Assembly: GCA_044359815.1 (NCBI GenBank) | Contig: JBIKLL010000076.1 | Span: forward strand, 1-12,702 | DNA: 12,702 bases | Direction: 5' to 3' | Source of the DNA: Pseudobdellovibrionaceae bacterium | Lineage (GTDB): Bacteria; Bdellovibrionota; Bdellovibrionia; Bdellovibrionales; Bdellovibrionaceae | Shown here: positions 1-7,400 of the stretch, one piece after another | Numbering within the stretch: position 1 is the first letter of the stretch | Layout of the letters: each line of letters begins with the position of its first letter | The notes under the pieces: model-generated | What the model saw: the letters and a program-made list of their open reading frames with translations, nothing else | The model's database searches: none | Told to the model about the DNA's origin: nothing | Translations under genes and position numbers: made by a program

Positions 1-223
1 TAATCCATTTAAATATTTTTGGAAACAATACCGCGTATGCCTTTGCTGATCCCAAAAAGCTGTTTGAAGTTTTTTAAATTCAAGTGTTCGATTTTAATGC
101 TCTTTTTCCGTGGGATTTGAGTTCCTTAGACCAGGTAGCAATATTATTGATTGGTAATATCCCCCAGCATTTTGTTATTGTCGTGCCAGTTGAATTGACG
201 AACCACTCTGGAGGGACTGAAGT

Positions 224-694
224 TTGTTGTTACTCAAGATTCTAGCCATTTTAAATCAAATGCTGTTTGCCGATGTGTCTGCCAGATTTGTAGGCTCGGA
301 TTTGACTAAAAATGCCGAAGTTATTTGTCATATTTATGGCGAAAAAATCAACGGTAAGTTTAATCCCTATTCAACGACGGGAATGTTAACCGTCAAAAAA
401 AATCCCAAACTCAAGTCGAATTTGAAGCTAAATATTTATTCTGACCTGCAAGGAACTCTGTTTAAATCCCACGATGTAGAATACGTTGAAAGCTCAGTGT
501 TTTTAATTTACCGAGGAGAACACGAGCAAATCGAACTATCGGCCCATACAGGTGCTGTGCGGATGAACAATGATGTTGTGGATGGCTATATTGGCGTTTT
601 GACTGATAAGACCTCTGTAACAAAACACATTTATTCGATTCAATGCATAGACCCCAAAGTAAGACATATTGATTCAGAAGATTTCGAAGATTAA
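224..694 (+). CDS. Hypothetical protein, probably secreted (156 aa)
   Basis: Open frame with TTG start preceded by GGAGG at 210-214. The N-terminus MLLLKILAILNQMLFA-D resembles a signal peptide. No recognisable family motif. Confidence 0.7.
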   Translation: MLLLKILAILNQMLFADVSARFVGSDLTKNAEVICHIYGEKINGKFNPYSTTGMLTVKKNPKLKSNLKLNIYSDLQGTLFKSHDVEYVESSVFLIYRGEHEQIELSAHTGAVRMNNDVVDGYIGVLTDKTSVTKHIYSIQCIDPKVRHIDSEDFED

Positions 695-1159
695 ATTTTC
701 TTGATTGATCTTAGTTTAAATTCCTTTAAATTCTTTTGATTTATTCAGTCGTTTAGCGGGTTCTTTATTTTTAGTAATTCTGACAGAAACCATCAAAAGT
801 TCGACAACGAATACTACCCTTAGGGTGCCTTTAATCCTCCGCATTTCCATCCTACACCTGCTACTGCTCCCAGCCTGTTGTTGCACGGCTATTGCAATGA
901 TTTGGCGTTGTGAGTACCAAAACCTACTTGAAAATATGACCTGCCTAAGGATTTTGATAAAACTTTTCATAAATTGATTCAAAATTTTAAAAAATCAGCA
1001 TCGCTGACCTGTGTTTCCAGTGGTTGTAAAACCATGCTGGATTTGGGTCTAAACAATCACATAGACAAAAAATACGTTTTACCTCTCAGTATTCTCAAGC
1101 ATTTTTTTAATCTTAAACTGCAAAATAAAAATATCGAATTTATTGTTTTAGGAAACCCC

Positions 1160-1270
1160 ATGGAACACCATATGCAAAGCATTACAACTCATCAAAGACT
1201 GGTGTTAGGTTTTTACTCCAGCATCACAACAATTATGTCAGTGGCAGGCCTGTGGGCAATCGCAATGTGA
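1160..1270 (+). CDS. Possible small membrane protein (36 aa)
   Basis: Internal ATG of track ORF 974..1270, with AGGA at 1150-1153. The C-terminal half (LVLGFYSSITTIMSVAGLWAIAM) is hydrophobic. The upstream part of the longer ORF looks like AT-rich intergenic DNA. Confidence 0.35.
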   Translation: MEHHMQSITTHQRLVLGFYSSITTIMSVAGLWAIAM

Positions 1271-1355
1271 ATTCAGCTGTTCCAGCGCCCGTTGCAATAT
1301 TTGTGACTTCAATTCATCTGTTGCAATATCAATAACCCCTAGTTACAGTTTTAAA

Positions 1356-1748
1356 ATGAAAACCATATCATCACTGATTTTAATGTGGCTTTTTGTCTTT
1401 GGATTAACTGGCTATACTAAACCCAAAGAAATTGAACATAAAATCTTGGTTATAATCGGTGATGAAAAAACAGTTTTTACCTTTGTCCCAGCAAAAAAGT
1501 CTGTCACATTAAAGGACCGCGCAGGTAAATTCAGTCAGTTCACACTGAACGATGAAGGCCTAAAACATTTTGAGGGTTTGTTTTCGCAGGATTTTGGACC
1601 CAATGATGAATTGGCAAAATGCCCACAAAAATATGTTCGTTATTCATCGGGCTCAAAGGTTGCCAAGGGCTGCATCGGTCGCCCTTCAAAAGCCGCCAGG
1701 GGGTTGACTGATTTAACCAACGCCCTATCAGGCTTGTTTGCCGACTAA
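1356..1748 (+). CDS. Hypothetical secreted protein (130 aa)
   Basis: ATG start and signal-peptide-like MKTISSLILMWLFVFGLTG. Two Cys near the C-terminus could form a disulfide. Confidence 0.75.
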   Translation: MKTISSLILMWLFVFGLTGYTKPKEIEHKILVIIGDEKTVFTFVPAKKSVTLKDRAGKFSQFTLNDEGLKHFEGLFSQDFGPNDELAKCPQKYVRYSSGSKVAKGCIGRPSKAARGLTDLTNALSGLFAD

Positions 1749-3791
1749 TTACCCTCGTGTTGTTCCAATCCCAATGGCACCTTTTGGATCCTTGATGATG
1801 GGATTACTTTGCCCTGGCGGAGCAACATTGTTTGGTGCGGGATCAGCCACAGGTGGGCATTGGTACAAGATTTCTAAAGTATGACCCACTGGAACTGGGA
1901 AATCTAAAATTATCTGATCCTTTTCAATCCTAAAACCATCGAAAATTTCGACCCCGTTGTCTTTTACGGTCACATCCACTGTTGACGGATCACCATCAAT
2001 GTCTTTGGGTACGCAATTTAAAATAAAATTCTTCTGAGCCAGTTCGGCGGTTCGGGCACCGATGCGCGACAACTGCCCCGCCCAATCGGTTTTACAAACA
2101 TCACCCAAAATCCCACCTGTCATATTGGCAATCTGAGTGTAAAGCTGACCTGGGTTTTCGTTCCTGTTTGGCCGACCTCCGCAATTGCCCACATCTGGAT
2201 AAGGCACGGTGATGGCGTTAAATACAAATCCCTTGGTATTACCCAAAGTGTTTTTAACTCCGTCCAGTAAATACTGTCCCCTTTGAACCAATGGTACGTG
2301 TGCGGAAACATTACTGAGGTTTTCATCTGCGTCAGAAACTACAATGATAGAAAAAGCAGCGTCTTGTCTGAAAAATTGCAAGCTTGGATCAGAGGCTGGA
2401 TCCCAACCAGCTGTTTGCAGCCAAGGTGTTTGCACATTTTCCGCTGATGAAAAGCCCTGATCTAATTTGTTTTTTAAATCTGTCGCAGCAGCACCCATGG
2501 TGGCTGACAAACTGGTACCTTGATTATTAAACAGCACAGATGAAATTCGACTGACTGTCATCATCCCCGATTGGCCCATAATATTTTGATTAGCAAAGCT
2601 TGCTCCAAACTGAGTCCAAATTGGCGTGATTGCGTTGTTCACGGCAGTCGTCAACGACAACGGTGATTGCTTTGCACGCAACATATTCAGCGTGTTTGAT
2701 ATCGAACCCATTTGAGAACCAATACTTGGACAATGGTAAGCTGCCCTGTCATAGCTTGTCCGAGTCACAGACCTGAAACTAGCCAACAGTGTTTTTAGCT
2801 CAGCCAACAAAGCTTGAACCTGTAAAATCTGGGCTTGGAATTCTGCCAGTGTGATCACTGGGACTTCAAGCGCTTGCTGGACCTGAGTGATTTTTGCATT
2901 GATTGGTGAAATCAATCGGCTAACAGTTGCAGATTCTAAATATGTTCGATCAGAAACACAGTTATTAAAAAATGACTGGGCCTGGTCCACTTTGCCCATC
3001 AAACCGCGGATGTTATCTTCCATATCCCGCTCTTTACTTTCGTTTGATGCCACAACTGCAGATAATAAACTACTTATAGAAGTTTTTATATTTGGATTAT
3101 TCAGATGTCTGGAGTTTCCAGCAGACTGCCTCATTGTTGCAAGATTGTTGGTAAAAGCTGTCAAGCCATCTTGAATTTTTACTATAACTGCTGTGGTTTG
3201 TTCTTTTAAATACTTTTGTTTGCTTTCAACAGCTAGCCCCTCGCTCAATCTGCGGATTGAATTAACAGCTGCCATCACTCCCTGCTCGCTACCACTGCCT
3301 CCAGTTAGCATGTCCAAGGTAGCATCAAAAGCTAACTTTCGATCCGTGGGATTCATGGTTGAATCAATATAGTAACCGTCAATACCTGGTCCTTTAAATT
3401 TTTTTAATAAACCACTGATCAAAGGAGTTGTGACATCAGTGGTAGTGATTGCCAGTCTCCAACTTAAGCCTTCTAGTTGTTGAAACATCGAAGACAATCT
3501 TTGCTTGATACTTTGATATTCAAATCCCATGGACCCAGAATCATCAACCACTAACAAAATATCTAATTTGTTGTCCCCACCTACGATGACCTTTGATTGA
3601 AATCCCAATGGAGTGAAAACATTGTTTGTAGCGGGTGGAGCTCCTGGTATGACTTCAGCTAATTCTAATTTTGTAAACTGAGCGGGACTGCAGTTTTGAA
3701 AAGCAGTCAATGAAACCAAGACTGATGTCAAAATTGATACACGCAAAACCGACGGAAACCTAATTGAATTGACCAAGTGTTTTACAGACAT
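1749..3791 (-). CDS. vWA (MIDAS) domain lipoprotein with a large internal helical insertion (680 aa)
   Basis: Hydrophobic leader ending in AFQNC (Cys34). MIDAS motif DILLVVDDSGSM, followed by RLAITTTD and GSGSEQG, and much later FFRQDAAFSIIVVSDADE. These motifs are typical of vWA surface lipoproteins of myxobacteria and Bdellovibrio (CglB/CglD-like), recognised from memory. Confidence 0.85.
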   Translation of the reverse strand: MSVKHLVNSIRFPSVLRVSILTSVLVSLTAFQNCSPAQFTKLELAEVIPGAPPATNNVFTPLGFQSKVIVGGDNKLDILLVVDDSGSMGFEYQSIKQRLSSMFQQLEGLSWRLAITTTDVTTPLISGLLKKFKGPGIDGYYIDSTMNPTDRKLAFDATLDMLTGGSGSEQGVMAAVNSIRRLSEGLAVESKQKYLKEQTTAVIVKIQDGLTAFTNNLATMRQSAGNSRHLNNPNIKTSISSLLSAVVASNESKERDMEDNIRGLMGKVDQAQSFFNNCVSDRTYLESATVSRLISPINAKITQVQQALEVPVITLAEFQAQILQVQALLAELKTLLASFRSVTRTSYDRAAYHCPSIGSQMGSISNTLNMLRAKQSPLSLTTAVNNAITPIWTQFGASFANQNIMGQSGMMTVSRISSVLFNNQGTSLSATMGAAATDLKNKLDQGFSSAENVQTPWLQTAGWDPASDPSLQFFRQDAAFSIIVVSDADENLSNVSAHVPLVQRGQYLLDGVKNTLGNTKGFVFNAITVPYPDVGNCGGRPNRNENPGQLYTQIANMTGGILGDVCKTDWAGQLSRIGARTAELAQKNFILNCVPKDIDGDPSTVDVTVKDNGVEIFDGFRIEKDQIILDFPVPVGHTLEILYQCPPVADPAPNNVAPPGQSNPIIKDPKGAIGIGTTRG

Positions 3792-3957
3792 AAAGCGCTA
3801 CCCCTTTTGAAACCATCCTACAAAAGTGATAGTGCAGGTTCTGGACCACTTCCAAATTGCCCAAGCGCAGACTTGGAGTGAAACCTTTTAAACATGAAAA
3901 TTAAATATCCACTGTTTCAAACTGAATCAAAATTCTCGACTCATTTTGCTCAGATTC

Positions 3958-3985
3958 TCAATCCTAAGGCCTGAATCTCCGATAT
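3958..3985 (+). promoter_or_regulatory. Possible sigma28 (FliA)-like promoter
   Basis: TCAA-N16-TCCGATAT compared with the consensus TAAA-N15-GCCGATAA. It lies immediately upstream of the start-less fragment at 3988. Confidence 0.3.
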
Positions 3986-3987
3986 AG

Positions 3988-4203
3988 AAACTCGTCACCT
4001 TTTTAAAAAATGCCGTCGAGATTTTGGAAGACAGAATTGGTAACGACAATGGACTTTGCGAAAGTAATGAAGCTTGCGTTTACGCCCCCAATTTTGGGGC
4101 CTACCAGGGACACGGCTCGCTATCCAGCGGGACCTGCACCTTTAGTAGCGGTGGCACCGTTTCAGGAGTTTCAATGTATGGTTGGTCCACAAATGGCGGA
4201 TAG
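3988..4203 (+). pseudogene. Start-less C-terminal fragment of a large Cys-containing surface protein
   Basis: The frame between TAG 3985-3987 and TAG 4201-4203 reads KLVTFLKNAVEILEDRIGNDNGLCESNEACVYAPNFGAYQGHGSLSSGTCTFSSGGTVSGVSMYGWSTNGG*. I recall GNDNGLCESNExCxYxPNxGAYQGHG as the C-terminal motif of large beta-helix-repeat surface proteins in Bdellovibrionota, Leptospira and myxobacteria (unverified). There is no start codon before TTG 4024. Confidence 0.65.
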
Positions 4204-4208
4204 CAAAA

Positions 4209-4634
4209 CTATTCTCGCACCGAGACTGTTACATAAACTGATTTTAAAGATCTGACATTGTGCTTGTAACCCACAACTCCGATTTGTTCAGCGCACACTG
4301 TTTTGTGCAAATCAACCACCCTGTAAGTCTGTATACCTAAAGCTTCAGCAGGAATTGCTGCTGGCCATACATTGCCCTCGGTGTCTCTGATCCAAAGCTC
4401 TTTCAGCCAAAATTTTGCGTTGGCTGAACGGCCTTCTGCAAAAGTTTTCACTCTGATTTGGTCAAAGCATAAACCCTGAGCCTCAAAACTGACCAATCGC
4501 AGATTTGATTTGTTAAAAACCACCACGCCCAGATCCATCCACTGATGAGAAGGCTTGTCAGTTTTTTTAAAAACTTCAGCAAAAGCAGATATTGATACAG
4601 AGCAGATTAATAGGGCACAAATGATGGTTTTCAT
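4209..4634 (-). CDS. Hypothetical secreted protein (141 aa)
   Basis: Start re-assigned to ATG 4634, which has AGGAGA upstream (4641-4646, minus strand). This gives a classic signal peptide, MKTIICALLICSVSISAFA-E. Confidence 0.8.
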   Translation of the reverse strand: MKTIICALLICSVSISAFAEVFKKTDKPSHQWMDLGVVVFNKSNLRLVSFEAQGLCFDQIRVKTFAEGRSANAKFWLKELWIRDTEGNVWPAAIPAEALGIQTYRVVDLHKTVCAEQIGVVGYKHNVRSLKSVYVTVSVRE

Positions 4635-4706
4635 TGGAAATCTCCTTATAAAATTAAAGTGCTCACCTCGTACCATAATGATCCTAAAGAGCAAGCTATT
4701 ACCTGT

Positions 4707-4731
4707 TTAGCAATTTGTTTTCATTTGCTAA
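4707..4731. promoter_or_regulatory. Small inverted repeat, possible operator in a divergent promoter region
   Basis: TTAGCAA-N11-TTGCTAA between the divergent starts at 4634 and 4764. Confidence 0.3.
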
Positions 4732-4763
4732 TTGCTTAAAAGGCCTTACACTAATTTAAGACT

Positions 4764-7292
4764 ATGAGTATCAAAAATCAAAAGGGCTTATCCTTAATTG
4801 AAGTTTTAGTTTCCCTTCTCATTTTAGGACTGCTGACCGCTGGTGTCCTGTCCATGCAAAAATTAGTTTTTTCTAACGATTCTCGTGAAGTCAGTCTGTG
4901 TCGCAACACTTTGACAACCATGTTGGAAAACCTGAAAAATCATGGACAAGCTGGGTTTATTTTTGATTGGCAACCTGGGTATTTTGGAACTCGGTATGTG
5001 CCGCTGCAAAACGGATCCTATCCCTATCCGGCCATGACCGATGAAACTATCGACAACAATTTTAGGTGGCCACAAAATAACAATTACGCAGTATTAACCG
5101 GCGGTTTTGCCACGCCAGCACCCTCTGAAATTGGCTCTGGAAGATGGGTCAGTTTACCGACCACCTCGACTTCAACCACTCAGAGGACTCCAACAATGGC
5201 CGCCACAGGCTCTGAAGAAGTTTTGAAAAGCTCCATACTAATTGATTCTTACATGAATCAATTGCTGGCTCTGTATAATTCAAACACCGAATCCTTTTGC
5301 GAAAGTGAATACGGCCATGAAATTGTTAAAAATGGCGCTCTGACTGGGTTTCCAAAATGGGCCTTGGGCAACGTTGAAAATTTACCGGGCAAAGACAGCT
5401 TTAGTGTTAAACTGCATATTGAACCCAGATCTTTCACAGATCCCAACTCATCTTTGGCCTCAAAAAAATGTCCAACCAATTTATCCATTGTGCCGATGGG
5501 GTTTTTCACTCAAACAGCCTATGATGATCCCTCGGCTGATTTAACCCAACCTTACAACCAAGCTTACGTCCACTATGCAAAAATCGTAAGAGGTTTGAAT
5601 TCACTGGCAAACCTGTCTGACAACAATACTGTGCGTGATGTGGGACTGCATGTATCACTCCGCGGGGAATTTAATTCAACAGCTGATGCCAACAACAAAG
5701 TCGTATGTGAAATTTCAGATTTTTTAAAATACGACTCTGATATCGGAAAACCAAAATCTCCTAGAATCGAAGTCATTGAAAATTCCAGCTTTGATTCCTA
5801 TTTGTCAAAAATCGAAGACTGCACAAATTCAGCCCCTAACAGCAAAGTGAATTCACTGCGAGTCAGAGTAAACTCACCCGCAGACCAAGAATCAGGAACT
5901 CAATTACTGTGCTTGGATAATTCGTTTTACATCGTAGGCACCGAGGGCTGGACCTATCAAAATACAACACTGGGGAGCTATTTCAATTATCCCAACACTG
6001 AACCTTTCATCACAGCGGGTGTAAACAATCAGAACATAAAATTACCTCCGAACGATGGCTCACTATTCAGCTACAAAAAAATCCGCATGGTTCCGCCTAA
6101 ATGGGTGGGATGTGAAAGCGTCACTGCTTGTGGGGTGCAAGCTTACGGAGTAATGATGGGTGAAGGCGATAATCGCCCCTGCCCTAACGAAAAATTTTGC
6201 ATCGATTTATTGTTTAATACCAATGATGCCAACCGGGTATCCAGGGGTTGCTATGTGGATATTAAAGCCGTGGCCGTCGATACAGCCGGCAATATGTCTG
6301 AGATAATCTCGATGCCTGTGTCGACTGAAATTCCAAATTACATGTTTCCCTATGGTGGAGCTGCTGATTTAACTGCTTGTGGTGATTCGTGCGCGGGTTT
6401 GACCTATTACCCCGTTGCCACAGTTGATATCCCAAACACCAGATATCACTGCCCGGGCGGAGCGGGCACTTCCCCGACGACTTCAACCACCCTGGCCAGC
6501 ACGACCACAGTGCCTGTGGGCATACCAACAACCACAGTGCCCACTGGAACCACCTCGCCTACGGGAACCACTTCACCCACTGGAACGACTTTGCCTGGCC
6601 CAACCACAACAGCAGCCACACCAACGACTTCACCTCTACCAACCTCACCGCCGCCCACATCACCACCGGATGACCTGCCACCCGACTACGATATTGGGTG
6701 CTTACCAGCAGATTCGAAAATTTCATTGGCTGATGGCAGAGTTAAATCCATAGATCAAATTCAAAATGGTGATTTAGTTGTGGGATACGATGAAAGATTA
6801 AATCTGCCTGTGATTCAGAAAGTGCAATCACTGATTGTTCATGAACCCAGGATGCAAAGGTTTTTTAAATTTCATTTGGCCGATGGGACTGAATTTGAAT
6901 CCAACAGCATTCACCCGGTCTATATTCCCAAATATGGTACCTACAGATTTGCTCAGGATTTATATTGGGATTTCTTCCATGATAACAATCTTCAATTGTT
7001 AAATTCCCAAAAACAATTGGTCGGCGTTGTCAGCGTATCAATCACGGACCGTTTTGAGTCTGTTTACAATTTACACTTAGCAGGGCAAGACAATTTACCT
7101 GCTAATTCGCAACTATCCCCCAATTACCAATTAAGCTGGGGATATGGCCATAGTTTTTTTGCAGACGGGATTTTAGTGCATAATTCATGGGCCAGTCAGT
7201 TTGTTTTTATAAATGGGATTTTAAAACCTCTGCCCTCACAAGCTTTCCGCTTTTGCACTCGATCCGGCTGCGTAAAAAATGTCATTCCATAG
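4764..7292 (+). CDS. Prepilin-type N-terminal cleavage/methylation protein with Thr/Pro linker and C-terminal Hint (intein-like) domain (842 aa)
   Basis: Class III signal NQKG|LSLIEVLVSLLILGLL with Glu at +5. Cys-rich body with the Ig/Fn3-like strand AVDTAGNMS, then a T/P-rich linker. Hint domain from Cys646 (CLPADSKISLADG) through NSIHP (His717) and VYNL to HSFFADGILVHN807, followed by Ser808. Confidence 0.9.
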   Translation: MSIKNQKGLSLIEVLVSLLILGLLTAGVLSMQKLVFSNDSREVSLCRNTLTTMLENLKNHGQAGFIFDWQPGYFGTRYVPLQNGSYPYPAMTDETIDNNFRWPQNNNYAVLTGGFATPAPSEIGSGRWVSLPTTSTSTTQRTPTMAATGSEEVLKSSILIDSYMNQLLALYNSNTESFCESEYGHEIVKNGALTGFPKWALGNVENLPGKDSFSVKLHIEPRSFTDPNSSLASKKCPTNLSIVPMGFFTQTAYDDPSADLTQPYNQAYVHYAKIVRGLNSLANLSDNNTVRDVGLHVSLRGEFNSTADANNKVVCEISDFLKYDSDIGKPKSPRIEVIENSSFDSYLSKIEDCTNSAPNSKVNSLRVRVNSPADQESGTQLLCLDNSFYIVGTEGWTYQNTTLGSYFNYPNTEPFITAGVNNQNIKLPPNDGSLFSYKKIRMVPPKWVGCESVTACGVQAYGVMMGEGDNRPCPNEKFCIDLLFNTNDANRVSRGCYVDIKAVAVDTAGNMSEIISMPVSTEIPNYMFPYGGAADLTACGDSCAGLTYYPVATVDIPNTRYHCPGGAGTSPTTSTTLASTTTVPVGIPTTTVPTGTTSPTGTTSPTGTTLPGPTTTAATPTTSPLPTSPPPTSPPDDLPPDYDIGCLPADSKISLADGRVKSIDQIQNGDLVVGYDERLNLPVIQKVQSLIVHEPRMQRFFKFHLADGTEFESNSIHPVYIPKYGTYRFAQDLYWDFFHDNNLQLLNSQKQLVGVVSVSITDRFESVYNLHLAGQDNLPANSQLSPNYQLSWGYGHSFFADGILVHNSWASQFVFINGILKPLPSQAFRFCTRSGCVKNVIP
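6501..6593 (+). repeat. Coding tandem repeats in the Thr/Pro linker
   Basis: Two TTTVP units (6501, 6528) and three degenerate 18-nt units encoding PTGTTS/PTGTTS/PTGTTL (6540-6593). Confidence 0.8.
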
Positions 7293-7365
7293 TTGGTATC
7301 TGTCCGCTTATCGTGTCCTTGAAAATAAAATTTAAAATTCTAATTAATTGATTTTTCAAATTCAA

Positions 7366-7388
7366 GGCCTGCGGCACAGTCTGCGGCC
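7366..7388. terminator. Possible weak hairpin between convergent genes
   Basis: GC-rich GGCCTGCGGCACAGTCTGCGGCC within an AT-rich gap. The stem is imperfect and there is no clear U-tract. Confidence 0.2.
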
Positions 7389-7400
7389 GAATAGAATTTA

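Noticed and set aside
3..77. Possible 3' end of an upstream gene (IHLNIFGNNTAYAFADPKKLFEVF*)
   Set aside because: Too short to support from this window alone.
716..982. Track ORF, 88 aa (-)
   Set aside because: No recognisable motif or convincing SD. It cannot be supported, although 700-1150 remains unexplained.
4010..4255. Track ORF, 81 aa (+)
   Set aside because: It overlaps the 3' end of the minus-strand gene and has no motif. A different frame (3988-4203) is far more protein-like.
4707..4731. CIRCE (HrcA) operator
   Set aside because: Only TTAGCA/TGCTAA match. The CTC/GAG positions differ, the length is 25 instead of 27 bp, and no chaperone genes are adjacent.
6699..7184. Classical mobile intein with homing endonuclease
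   Set aside because: Only 162 aa with no LAGLIDADG or HNH motif, and located after a linker in a surface protein rather than in a conserved enzyme. It fits a BIL/Hint domain better.
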